A stretch of DNA of 64,000 bases, from positions 99,906 through 163,905 of the forward strand of contig CBDEGR010000001.1 of assembly GCA_965237895.1 (NCBI GenBank). The letters run 5' to 3'. The stretch is from Terriglobia bacterium. Lineage in GTDB: Bacteria; Acidobacteriota; Terriglobia; UBA7540; JAPUME01. Made by a program: the position numbers and the translations under genes. Shown in pieces: positions 1 through 8,766 of this stretch; within the stretch, counting starts at the first letter, position 1, and each line of letters begins with the position of its first letter. Below the pieces are notes generated by a model, which was not told where the DNA came from, searched no databases, and was given only the letters and a program-made list of their open reading frames with translations.

Positions 1-1839
1 GAAGCTTCTCCCATCGAAGAGTTCGCCGACCGGACGTTTTTCCTCGACCCGACCCTCCAGGATCGGATTGGCCGGCAGGTGAATACGGTCCGATCCGATT
101 TGCCCGTGGTTTCGAATGAAATCGTTGAAAGACTCATCGTCCATTTTCAGGGAGACGGCCGCCCGTTTATTGAAAAAGTCATCCGTCGGTTGGGACGGTA
201 TCGTCCGCTGCTCACTCGGACTCTCCGCCAGGAGGGTGTGCCGGAAGATTTGATCTACTTGGCGGCGGCCGAGAGCGGCTTCAACCCGTTGGCGCTCTCC
301 AGCGCGAGCGCCAAGGGAATGTGGCAGTTCATGCGCTGGGAAGGGCGGGAATACGGTCTGCGAATCGATTCCTGGGTGGATGAACGGGAAGTCCCGGAGA
401 AGGCGACCGTGGCGGCAGCCGGCTACCTGCGCGACCTCTATAGGGAGTTTGGAGACTGGTTGCTGGCGATGGCCGCCTACAACGGTGGTCCCGGACGTAT
501 GCGCCGAGCCGTTCAACGGACCGGATACGCCGATTTTTGGGAGCTTTACAAGCGCAGGGTCCTGCCGCGCGAGACAAGGAATTACGTCCCCATTATTATG
601 GCCACCATGATCATTATGAAGGAGCCCTGGGCGTATGGGTTCCACGTGGTGCCGGAAGACCCGTTGATTGTGGACCAGGTGACGTTGACGGCCCCCATCG
701 ATTTGCGCTTGGCGGCCCAGGCCATCGACATTCCGGTGAAGGAGATGATCGACCTGAATCCGGGGCTGCTGCGTTGGTCCACGCCGCTCAATGACCCGAA
801 GTATGTGCTGAATCTGCCGCCGGGCAGCCGCGAAAAATTCCTGCAATCGATTGGGACCATTCCGGAAAAGCAACGGCTCTGGTGGCGGTTCCACACCGTC
901 AAGGCCGGGGAGAATCCGGCGGGCGTGGCCAAGAAATACAAACTTACGGCGCAGAGCTTGGCGAAGGCAAACGGGATTACTTTGAATGCGCCCTGGGAAT
1001 CGGGCGAGAAGATCATCCTTCCTCTTGCTCCCGGGCAACAGGTGGATCATCGTTACGGGCGGACTCGGATGGTGCGTTACCGAATCCACCGCGGCGACAC
1101 GCTGGGCGGGATTGCGCGACGCTTCCGTGTCAGGACCAGCCAGATTCGCCGCTGGAACGGGATGCGCGGCTCAAGAATTATCGCCGGCCGCACGCTGCGG
1201 TTGTATGTTCCTTATCGAGGAGGTCCGGAAACGAGGTCGTCCCGGGCGCGAACGCGGTCACGCCGGCCGGTGGCGGGGCAGGGAAGGTTGGTCCGTTATC
1301 GGATTCGCGGCGGGGATAACCTGACTTTGATCTCGCAACGCTTTGGAGTGAGCCTGTCTCAAATCCGCCGCTGGAACGGGATGCGCGGCTCGCGGATTTT
1401 GGCGGGACAGACGTTGCGCATCTATGTTCAATCCTCCGGCGGTTCGTCGGACGGCAGAACGTTGGCGTCGAACGGTTCGGCGCCGTCGGGTTATTACCGA
1501 ATTCGGAGAGGGGATACGCTGACTTCCATCGCGCAGCAGTCCCATGTGAGCATCGCGCAGATTCGCCGCTGGAACCGGCTGCGCGGTTCGCGGATCGTCG
1601 CCGGGCAATCCCTGCGCGTTGCGCCGCCCTCTTCCGTTTCCTCCTCCACGCAGTCTGAAAATTCTTCTCAATCAAGCGAGGGCCGGCTGATTCATTATAA
1701 AATTCAAAAAGGCGATACGCTGTGGAGTATTTCCCAGAGGTTCGAAGTGAGCGAGTCTCAAATTCGCAAGTGGAACAACTTGCGCGGTTTACGGATTAGC
1801 GCCGGGCAGACGCTGAGGATTTATGTTCGCTCACGTTGA
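1..1839 (+). CDS. Lytic murein transglycosylase (SLT domain) with five LysM repeats, MltD-like; 5' end probably outside the window
   Basis: The reading frame is open from nt 1; the track ORF 79..1839 starts at an internal GTG. SLT motif AAAESGFNP...SSASAKGMWQFM is present. There are five LysM modules (e.g. YRIHRGDTLGGIARRFRVRTSQIRRWNGMRGSRIIAGRTLRLYV), and the last four are also visibly repeated at DNA level. Confidence 0.85.
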   Translation, partial: EASPIEEFADRTFFLDPTLQDRIGRQVNTVRSDLPVVSNEIVERLIVHFQGDGRPFIEKVIRRLGRYRPLLTRTLRQEGVPEDLIYLAAAESGFNPLALSSASAKGMWQFMRWEGREYGLRIDSWVDEREVPEKATVAAAGYLRDLYREFGDWLLAMAAYNGGPGRMRRAVQRTGYADFWELYKRRVLPRETRNYVPIIMATMIIMKEPWAYGFHVVPEDPLIVDQVTLTAPIDLRLAAQAIDIPVKEMIDLNPGLLRWSTPLNDPKYVLNLPPGSREKFLQSIGTIPEKQRLWWRFHTVKAGENPAGVAKKYKLTAQSLAKANGITLNAPWESGEKIILPLAPGQQVDHRYGRTRMVRYRIHRGDTLGGIARRFRVRTSQIRRWNGMRGSRIIAGRTLRLYVPYRGGPETRSSRARTRSRRPVAGQGRLVRYRIRGGDNLTLISQRFGVSLSQIRRWNGMRGSRILAGQTLRIYVQSSGGSSDGRTLASNGSAPSGYYRIRRGDTLTSIAQQSHVSIAQIRRWNRLRGSRIVAGQSLRVAPPSSVSSSTQSENSSQSSEGRLIHYKIQKGDTLWSISQRFEVSESQIRKWNNLRGLRISAGQTLRIYVRSR

Positions 1840-1909
1840 GGGAGGAGATTTTTTTCGATTCCGGGAAATGCTTCACGGATCGAATATGTTTGACAAATGC
1901 AAGTGCATC

Positions 1910-1937
1910 TTGACACGGGAAAGAAGCGTGATATATG
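1910..1937 (+). promoter_or_regulatory. Candidate sigma70-type promoter for the lysine-rich protein gene
   Basis: TTGACA (1910-1915), 16 nt spacer, TATATG (1932-1937) preceded by TG at 1929-1930 (extended -10-like). A second TTGACA lies at 1890-1895. Sequence-only prediction. Confidence 0.35.
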
Positions 1938-2057
1938 TTTCGCTAGTCCGTGACGTAGGACCGGACGCGGGAAAGATAGAAGAAACGAGAAACGAAAACG
2001 AAACTTAGGACAGAGAGTCATCGGAAAGAGATAACGGGAGCAATAAGTGAGGAAACC

Positions 2058-2555
2058 ATGACTGTCGAAGAGGACAAAGGTTTTATGGCCGGTGACGACA
2101 AGGATGATTACATGGACGAGCTCTCCTCGAACTTTCGTGAGGAAGATGTTGAGGAATCGTCAGAAAAGAGTGAGGGTGTTTCTTACCGGCAGGGAGTTTC
2201 CCAACCGGAAACTGCTGCGGTGACCTCCCTCGAACCGGTCAGTGAGCCGGCTCCGGCCCGGCCCAAGGCTCGACCCAAAAGTCGGCCCAAGGCTCGGAAA
2301 AAAGTTCGGACTAAGGCCAAAAAGAAGGCTCGGTCCAAACCGAAGCGGGCTGCCAAGAAAGTAAAAGCCCGAGGAAAAACCAAAACCAAAACAAAAACCA
2401 GAAGTAGAAGTAAAAAACGCGCTGTGAAAGGAGCAAGAATGGCGAAGAAAGCTAAGAAGACTGTAAAGAAGGCCGCCAAGAAGAAGACAACCAAGAAGAA
2501 GGCCACGAAGAAGAAGACAACCAAGAAGAAGGCCACGAAAAGAAAAAAACGGTAG
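2058..2555 (+). CDS. Histone H1-like / AlgP-like lysine-rich nucleoid-associated protein
   Basis: 165 aa. Acidic N-terminal third, then an extreme Lys/Ala/Thr tail (KKAAKKKTTKKKATKKKTTKKKATKRKKR) containing a 30-nt tandem duplication. The antisense Phe/Leu-rich ORFs are complement artefacts. Confidence 0.7.
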   Translation: MTVEEDKGFMAGDDKDDYMDELSSNFREEDVEESSEKSEGVSYRQGVSQPETAAVTSLEPVSEPAPARPKARPKSRPKARKKVRTKAKKKARSKPKRAAKKVKARGKTKTKTKTRSRSKKRAVKGARMAKKAKKTVKKAAKKKTTKKKATKKKTTKKKATKRKKR

Positions 2556-2797
2556 GCCGAAACAGTCGAATCGTATAGTCCCCCACGGGACTTGATAATC
2601 GGCTAGAATAGTCCTAGGACTATTAGGTTGAAGGAGTGCTGCCCCCTCCAAGGGAGGGAGAGGGGGCAAGCCTTTGGTTTAAAGGGGACGACGCTCTCCC
2701 TGCCGTTCAGGCGGCTTTCCCCCGAGTCGGTGAAAAGAGCGTTAGGGCGTTAGGGTCTGGGCGATCGTGTTAAATCTTCCATTGCCGTGGGGAGTTC

Positions 2798-3799
2798 GTG
2801 CCGAGCGTTAGAGACCGGCGAGAGGTGGGATATATTCCATCGGAAACGATTCTTCTTAGGACTCCGAGGCGGGACGAGGCGGGCATTCCGCCGGACGTTA
2901 CTCAGGCTACTCAAGCAGTGGGGCCGATGCGAGGCGCCTCGCAACCCCGGCTACTCCGTTGTGCGGACAATCATTTTTACATCGTAAAATTCCTCAATAA
3001 TCCCCAACACAGGCGAGTTCTGGTCAATGAAATGTTGGGGTCGAAACTGGCCCGGCGGATGGGCTTGCCGACTCCCGAAGCCCGATGCGTTGACGTCCCC
3101 CTTGATCTGGTGGAACGTAGCCCCCCTCTCTCTTTTAAATCCGGAGGCCGCGCGGTTTCCTGTTCCACCGGGCTGCAGTTCGGTTCCCGTTATCCTGGAG
3201 CGCCCGGAGCGGCCCTCGTCACCGACCTCCTGCCGGACAAATACCTCCGTCGGATTCGAAATCCGGAAGCCTTTCCGGGCGCCATCGTCTTTGACAAATG
3301 AACGTGCAATTGTGACGGACTGCAGGTCATTTCCTACCGTTCCAACCGGCGGGACAAATTCCCCTACAACGCGTTGCTGGTCGACCAGGGATACTGCTTC
3401 AACGGTGGGAAGTGGAATTTTCCCGAAAGCCCGTTGCGAGGGCTATACCCGCGGAGGGTCGTTTATGAGAATGTGTATGGGTGGGATTCGTTCGAGCCGT
3501 TCTTGCAGACGGTGGAAAATCTGGAACCTGAGGACCTGGAACAGTGTCGGGCTGCCGTTCCCAACGAGTGGTATGAGGGGAACGAGAAGGACCTAGATCA
3601 TTTACTCGATCAGCTCTATCTTCGTCGGCGAAAAGTGCGGCAGGCGGTTCTCGATGCCAAAAATCTGAACCCCACTCCCTTTCCGAACTGGAGTTCGGAG
3701 TCTGTTTCGTCGATCTATTCATATGTTGACTCCAAGAAAGGGGGCTGTGTCGGTGAAAGGATGAATCCGTCGCCGGCGAAAATCCCGTCCGGGGACTGA
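2798..3799 (+). pseudogene. HipA-like (HipA_2-type) serine/threonine kinase interrupted by one in-frame TGA
   Basis: Track ORFs 2798..3301 and 3374..3799 are in the same frame, separated only by TGA at 3299-3301. The joined reading is ...AFPGAIVFDK[TGA]TCNCDGLQVISYRSNRRDKFPYNALLVDQGYCFNGG.... The N-terminal part (HFYIVKFLNNPQHRRVLVNEMLGSKLARRMGLPTPE) looks HipA-like. The stop sits where FDxWxxNxD expects Trp (TGG). An alternative start is ATG 2927. Confidence 0.7.
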
Positions 3800-3821
3800 T
3801 CCTCAAGCCCTCCCCAAAGTA

Positions 3822-4604
3822 ATGCGGAAACGTTGCCATCTCTATATTCTTCGATACGTTCCCGATTTTGTCAGAGGCGAGCGATTGAACCTCGGAGTTT
3901 TTTTACATTGTCCGGGGGCGAACTACCTGGGTTGCCTGTTGACAACGGACTTCCGGCGCGTAAAGCGTTTTCACATCCACGCCGATCTTGGACTTCTTCG
4001 CCTGCTCCAGGAGCAGGTTGAAGATGAAATCCGGGATCATCAGGAGAGCCTGGAAGAGTACATTCACGGTTTGCATCACACCTTGTCCAATCTGCTGCAA
4101 ATTTCCGACCCGCAGGAGCTTCAATCGGAGGATCCGCAGCGGGAGCTGGGAACCGTCTTCGAGCGTTACGTGGGCGGTCCGGCCGCGGCGGAGGTGGAAG
4201 AGGACAGCCGACGTTACATTCGTCAGCGGATGACGGAGGCCTTTATCGAGGCCGGAATTTTTGCCCGCTTGGAGCGGCGCATCCTGGCGGCCCGGTATAC
4301 GGTCCTGGGCGATCCCCTGCGGTTTGATTACGGATACCGGCCCAATGGGGGGATGAATTTCCTGCACGCTATTTCCCTGAACCGCGACCCGGACTTGGCG
4401 AAATCCTTGGCCTATACGATCGAACACGTGCGCCGGAGCGGACCGGCGAAGCTCACGGCCGTGGTCGGCGCCTCGGAAGGGATTCGGCCCAAGGGGGTGA
4501 TGGATGCGGCGCGCAGCATCCTGCAGACAAGCGACATCCAAGTTGAGTCCATTGAGAACATCCACGCCGTGGCTTCTTCGATCCGCCGCGATCTGGGTGT
4601 GTAG
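3822..4604 (+). CDS. DUF3037 domain-containing protein
   Basis: The N-terminus CHLYILRYVPDFVRGERLNLGVFLHC matches the DUF3037 signature as I remember it (Y..lRyvPd..rgEf.NiGv.l). It starts 22 nt after the kinase gene, on the same strand. Confidence 0.75.
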   Translation: MRKRCHLYILRYVPDFVRGERLNLGVFLHCPGANYLGCLLTTDFRRVKRFHIHADLGLLRLLQEQVEDEIRDHQESLEEYIHGLHHTLSNLLQISDPQELQSEDPQRELGTVFERYVGGPAAAEVEEDSRRYIRQRMTEAFIEAGIFARLERRILAARYTVLGDPLRFDYGYRPNGGMNFLHAISLNRDPDLAKSLAYTIEHVRRSGPAKLTAVVGASEGIRPKGVMDAARSILQTSDIQVESIENIHAVASSIRRDLGV

Positions 4605-4716
4605 GCGAAAATCAGAAAATCCACCCCGAACGGAACTTCTACCCCTGAGGTAAAACAAGAAAGAAAGCTTTTCTCATGAAGTCGGGCGGGTTTTCCGGAC
4701 GGGGGCGGATCCAGCG

Positions 4717-4977
4717 ATGAGGGAAAGCGCAAGTCGGGTCGACGTCGAGTGCTACTCCGGCTACCGGGCCGATGAGCGTCCGCTTCGTTTCACCCTCAGC
4801 GCCCCGACATCTTCCCGGACCTACGAGGTACAGGATCTTCTGGACCGCTGGTACGGTGAGGACGATCTGTTCTTCAAGGTGCGGGCCGATGACGGAAACA
4901 TCTATATTCTCCGTCACCGGGAGTCGAGCGGCCGATGGTCGCTGGAGGCTTTTCGCAGCGGGCCGGTTCGTTCGTAA
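4717..4977 (+). CDS. Small conserved-looking hypothetical protein (86 aa)
   Basis: ATG-initiated ORF with protein-like composition (VECYSGYRADERPLRF...DRWYGEDDLFFKVRADDGNIYILRH...WSLEAF). I cannot name a family. Confidence 0.5.
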   Translation: MRESASRVDVECYSGYRADERPLRFTLSAPTSSRTYEVQDLLDRWYGEDDLFFKVRADDGNIYILRHRESSGRWSLEAFRSGPVRS

Positions 4978-5011
4978 GGGGCATCGGGCGGGATGAGTGG
5001 GGAAGTCTCTG

Positions 5012-5566
5012 TTAGAGAGAGTCGCTCGCCGGTTGCTTGAGGATATATTCAACCGCGTCGTAAAGATTCCGGACCACGGCGCAGGGTTTCGGTCCCTTGT
5101 CCGCGCGCCATCCTTCTCCTTTTTCGTCCACTCGGATCACCGGGCATCCGACCGCCGCCCCGGCTTCCAGGTCTCGTTCCGAATCTCCCACAAGATAGGT
5201 TTTGGTGAAATCGAAGCCGTGCTCTTTCTGTGCCTGCCGCAGCAGGCCGGGTTTTGGCTTGCGGCATTCGCAATGGTCTTCGGGCCGGTGCGGGCAGTAA
5301 TAGACTGCCTCGATCTTTGTCCCGCTCTGGTCAATTTCCTTAAGAAACTTCCGAGTGATCGCCTGAAGCGCTTCGTTTGTGAAGTGGCCCCGCCCGACGC
5401 CCGATTGGTTGGAGACTATCACGATGCGGAACCGATGCTCGGTGAGGCGGCGGAGCGCTGCGGTGGCGCGAGGAAGAAAGTGGAACTCTTCCCATCGCGT
5501 GACCCAATGGTTTCCCGGTCTCCGGTTGATGACCCCGTCGCGGTCCAACAGAACGTAGGAACTCAT
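5012..5566 (-). CDS. gmhB: D-glycero-D-manno-heptose 1,7-bisphosphate phosphatase (HAD-IIIA)
   Basis: LLDRDGVIN (HAD motif I), VSNQSGVGRG, YYCPHRPEDHCECRKPKPGLL (GmhB zinc-binding loop), VGDSERD. Confidence 0.85.
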   Translation of the reverse strand: MSSYVLLDRDGVINRRPGNHWVTRWEEFHFLPRATAALRRLTEHRFRIVIVSNQSGVGRGHFTNEALQAITRKFLKEIDQSGTKIEAVYYCPHRPEDHCECRKPKPGLLRQAQKEHGFDFTKTYLVGDSERDLEAGAAVGCPVIRVDEKGEGWRADKGPKPCAVVRNLYDAVEYILKQPASDSL

Positions 5567-5608
5567 GCGATTCGGTTTCGGCGGCAGAAAGAGTTTTGGA
5601 GAAAACCT

Positions 5609-6505
5609 TTAATGCGGATGGGAGGAAGCCGCTGCCTCCTTGAGAGTGGTCTCCAGGGCCCATTTTTGTTCTTCCCGGGCCTTGGCAAAGTCATCGATGC
5701 CGAAGTCCCAGACGTCGATGTTCAATTGGTTTTCCTTTAGAATCTCCGCTACGGCATACTCGCCGGGGGTCAGGGGCTCTTTCGGTTGCAGGCGGTAGAT
5801 GTCGTCGGTGATCTTCCGGAGCTCGGCCGGGATCGGACGCCGTGACTCCTTCTGCTTGCCCCCCAAGGGGCCGACCGTGACCACCTCCACTCTTCGGGTC
5901 TTCTTCTTCGAAATCAGTTCGATCAGGACGAAGTGAATCATCTCGAAATCGGCAAAACGGAGATAGATCACCGGTGTCGGAGAAAGGATACGGAGAGCGG
6001 CGTGGGGCTCGGGGAGTGTGACGAAGGCGCGCTTTCTCAAAACGGGAAGCGGGACGACAGCTCTCAGGACCCCGCGCTTTTTGTCGCCCGACACATCGGC
6101 TGCATTCTGAATCAGTTGAGTTACGCGGCGGCCGTCGTACACAAACACGCCGTCCAGAGGAGGGAGGATGACACCCGCTTGCACCTCAAAACCCTGAGTT
6201 TTGGGAAGTCGAGGACGCGCGGCGGCAATTCGGGACGCTTCCTGGAACTCCTTCTCTTTTCTCAGCTCGTCTTCTTCGCGGCCCTTTTCGGTCGCTTCAA
6301 GGTCGATCAGGTCTTTCGGCAGTTCTTCCCAGGCCGACCGCTCCAGGCTGTAGTATCGGACCCGGTCGCCCTGAACCTCATACTCCCGGACCACCTGATA
6401 CGAACCGTCCGTTAGGTAGAGCTTAAAGCCCCGCGCCATCGGGGAGGCGGTGAAAAGGGCGGTGAAAAGGAGTACGGTCAGTTGGTAGCTTAGTTTTCGC
6501 AGCAT
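5609..6505 (-). CDS. Secreted hypothetical protein
   Basis: Signal-peptide-like start MLRKLSYQLTVLLFTALFTASPMARG at ATG 6505 (the track ORF extends to 6646; ATG 6517 is an alternative). No recognisable domain. Confidence 0.6.
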   Translation of the reverse strand: MLRKLSYQLTVLLFTALFTASPMARGFKLYLTDGSYQVVREYEVQGDRVRYYSLERSAWEELPKDLIDLEATEKGREEDELRKEKEFQEASRIAAARPRLPKTQGFEVQAGVILPPLDGVFVYDGRRVTQLIQNAADVSGDKKRGVLRAVVPLPVLRKRAFVTLPEPHAALRILSPTPVIYLRFADFEMIHFVLIELISKKKTRRVEVVTVGPLGGKQKESRRPIPAELRKITDDIYRLQPKEPLTPGEYAVAEILKENQLNIDVWDFGIDDFAKAREEQKWALETTLKEAAASSHPH

Positions 6506-6666
6506 AATTCTTTCCATCCTCAGGGTATCCTTCTCTGTGTTTAGATGCAAATACTGATGCGGGTGCGGAGGGGAATTATTGTCTCCGCACCGGTTCGCCC
6601 AAGAGCGTGCGGCAAACGGCCCGATTATGTTAAGATGGTTTCTCACCGCCCTCTGCTAGGTTTGGA

Positions 6667-7365
6667 ATGAAATTCGGAGTCATCGTCTTTCCCGGCAGCA
6701 ACTGCGACCACGACGCCTGCCACGTACTCGACAAAGTTCTTGGCCAACCGGTCGAATTCATCTGGCACCAGTCGAGTGATCTCTCCTCCCTCGACGCCGT
6801 CATCGTGTCCGGAGGGTTCTCCTTTGGTGACTACCTCCGCACGGGAGCGCTGGCGCGCTTTTCGCCGGTGATGAGGGCTGTGGAAAAGTTCGCCCGGGAG
6901 GGAGGCTTGGTGCTCGGCATCTGTAACGGTTTCCAGATTTTAGTGGAATGCGGCCTGCTGCCCGGAGCCTTGATGGGGAACCGCGGGCTGCGGTTTATCT
7001 GCCGCTTCGTTCATGTGCGGGTGGAAAATACGGATACGCCCTTTACCCAGGATTGCGCTCCCGGCCAGGTGTTGAAGTTGCCCATCGCCCACATCGGCGG
7101 AAATTTTTTCTCTGAGGCGGAGACGTTGGCCGTCCTCAACCGGCAGAACCGGGTTGTTTTTCGTTACTGTGACGCCGAGGGCCGCCTCACGGCGGAGTCG
7201 AACCCGAACGGTTCGCTGGAGGCGGTGGCGGGGGTCTCGAATCGGGAGGGGAACGTGCTTGGCCTGATGCCGCACCCGGAGCGCGCCGGTGAGTCCTTGC
7301 TCACCTCGACCGACGGACTCTTCATTTTCAATTCCATGCTGAAATCCGCCGTCGGTAAGACGTAG
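6667..7365 (+). CDS. purQ: Phosphoribosylformylglycinamidine synthase I (glutamine amidotransferase subunit)
   Basis: [17 protein letters not shown]..., GICNGFQIL (catalytic Cys), MPHPER. Length 232 aa. Confidence 0.92.
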   Translation: MKFGVIVFPGSNCDHDACHVLDKVLGQPVEFIWHQSSDLSSLDAVIVSGGFSFGDYLRTGALARFSPVMRAVEKFAREGGLVLGICNGFQILVECGLLPGALMGNRGLRFICRFVHVRVENTDTPFTQDCAPGQVLKLPIAHIGGNFFSEAETLAVLNRQNRVVFRYCDAEGRLTAESNPNGSLEAVAGVSNREGNVLGLMPHPERAGESLLTSTDGLFIFNSMLKSAVGKT

Positions 7366-7405
7366 CGACGTAGCGGATTTGCGCATTCGACGTGCGCCCG
7401 CGCCC

Positions 7406-7450
7406 GACGTACCCTAGGCTACCGTACCCGAGCCTGACGTACCCGAATCC
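7406..7450. repeat. Three tandem 15-bp units (gacgtaccctaggct / accgtacccgagcct / gacgtacccgaatcc)
   Basis: Read directly; units match at 11 of 15 positions in the two pairwise comparisons I made (unit 1 vs 2, unit 1 vs 3). The core GACGT(A/G) occurs five times between 7359 and 7442, in the purQ / HEAT-gene spacer. Confidence 0.8.
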
Positions 7451-7460
7451 TGTCATCCCC

Positions 7461-8743
7461 ATGCTTGCATCGTACAAATCTTTTTCTCGAAGGATTTTCA
7501 CCCGTAGCGTTCTCCTGCCGGTTCTCCTTTTCGGCCTGCCGCCTGCCGGGGAGGCGCAAAGCGTCCTCTATACGGCGCGCTTCTACCTGGAGCGGGACCG
7601 CTACCTTGCCGGTGAGCCGATCTTCTCTGTTTTTGAGATCAAGAACGACGGCCCCGGCATCTTCCAATTCGCTTATCGTGTTCCCAGCCGGGCGGCGGGG
7701 GAGGGTTTGGAGAAGGAACCCACGTTTCGCATCCGGACCGCAGAGGGGAAACCGCTGCCGGATGTTTTGGATCGCCGCTGTCCCGGCGCCCAGGGAAGCG
7801 TGGTATACGGCATCGTACGGTTGAGTCCCGGCCAGGCGCACCGGGAGCGGTGGCTGCTCAACGAGTGGGCGGACCTTACCGTACCCGGAAGATACCGTGT
7901 GGGGGCCGAACGCCGGCTTCCGTTACACGGGTACGACAGAGCGAAGGCGGAATTTACCGAAAACCCCGTCGCCTTTGCCCGCGCCCTTTCCCGTCTTGAA
8001 TTGGAAATGGTCGAATCCAAATCCACCCCGGAGGGCTTGCGGGAGGCGATGCAGCCGTATCGGAGCGCCCTCAAGGAGGACGACGGAATCCGAAGAGAGG
8101 AAGCGGTCCTTGCCATTTCCAAGTTTCCTCAGCCGTTTTTGCTGGACGATTTGGCCGAGCTGACCCGGGAGACCGGCCCTGCCTCCCGCGAGGTCCGCCT
8201 TCGCGGCCTGGAGGGATTGGCGCGGCTGGGGACTCGGGAGGCTTGGCGGGGGCGGTGTCCCGTGTGGCTTATGAGGCCGGCGACCCCGCCACGCAGTCGC
8301 GCGCCATTCGACTCTTGGCTGAAAACGGCGGCCCGAGACATCTCCAATGGCTTTTGGACTTGGTGCCGGATTCGAACGCCCGCGTCCGCGCCGTCGTAAT
8401 TCAGGGACTGGGAGCGTTCCATGAGCCGCGAGCGTTTCAGGCTCTCTTCAGGTATCTTCACGCGGAAGAAGCCGAGAGCCGGGTGGGAGCTCTGCTGGGG
8501 CTGCGCGACATGCGGCGAAAAGAGTCGATCCCTTCGATGATCGCCATGTTGCATGACCCGGATGCCCGTGTCCGGCAGGTGGCGAATTTCGCGCTCACGG
8601 AGTTGACGGGCCGAAAAATGACGTACCCGGCGCCCACCACCGCGGACGCCGCCCGACGCGCCGCGGATGAGTGGAAAGTATGGTGGCAGGAAAATCACCG
8701 GAGTTTTTCTCCGCCGCCTTCGCCCGACTGCCGAAGCTATTAG
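7461..8743 (+). pseudogene. Secreted HEAT-repeat protein, apparent frameshift near 8238-8246
   Basis: Signal-like start MLASYKSFSRRIFTRSVLLPVLLFGLPPAGEAQS. The first frame reads ...VRLRGLEGLARLGTREA and then turns to low-complexity junk. The overlapping frame from 8243 continues with clean HEAT repeats (AGAVSRVAYEAGDPATQSRAIRLLAENGG...DSNARVRAVVIQGLG...DPDARVRQVANFALTELTG). One missing or extra base is implied. Confidence 0.55.
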
Positions 8744-8766
8744 AAAATAAGTCTTACCGAATTGAC

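Noticed and set aside
2160-2669. Phe/Leu-rich antisense ORFs (169 and 117 aa) opposite the lysine-rich gene.
   Set aside because: They are complement artefacts of AAG/AAA repeats (CTT/TTT).
3299-3301. Selenocysteine at the HipA-like TGA.
   Set aside because: The column corresponds to a conserved Trp (FDxWxxNxD), not Cys. I could fold no SECIS-like hairpin in the 50 nt downstream. A TGG-to-TGA transition is the simpler explanation.
6506-6666. Purine/ZTP-type riboswitch in the divergent region upstream of purQ.
   Set aside because: Only a simple 9-bp hairpin (GGTGCGGAG-12 nt-CTCCGCACC, 6562-6591) is present. The conserved cores of purine or ZTP (…CCGCCUGGGC) riboswitches were not found.
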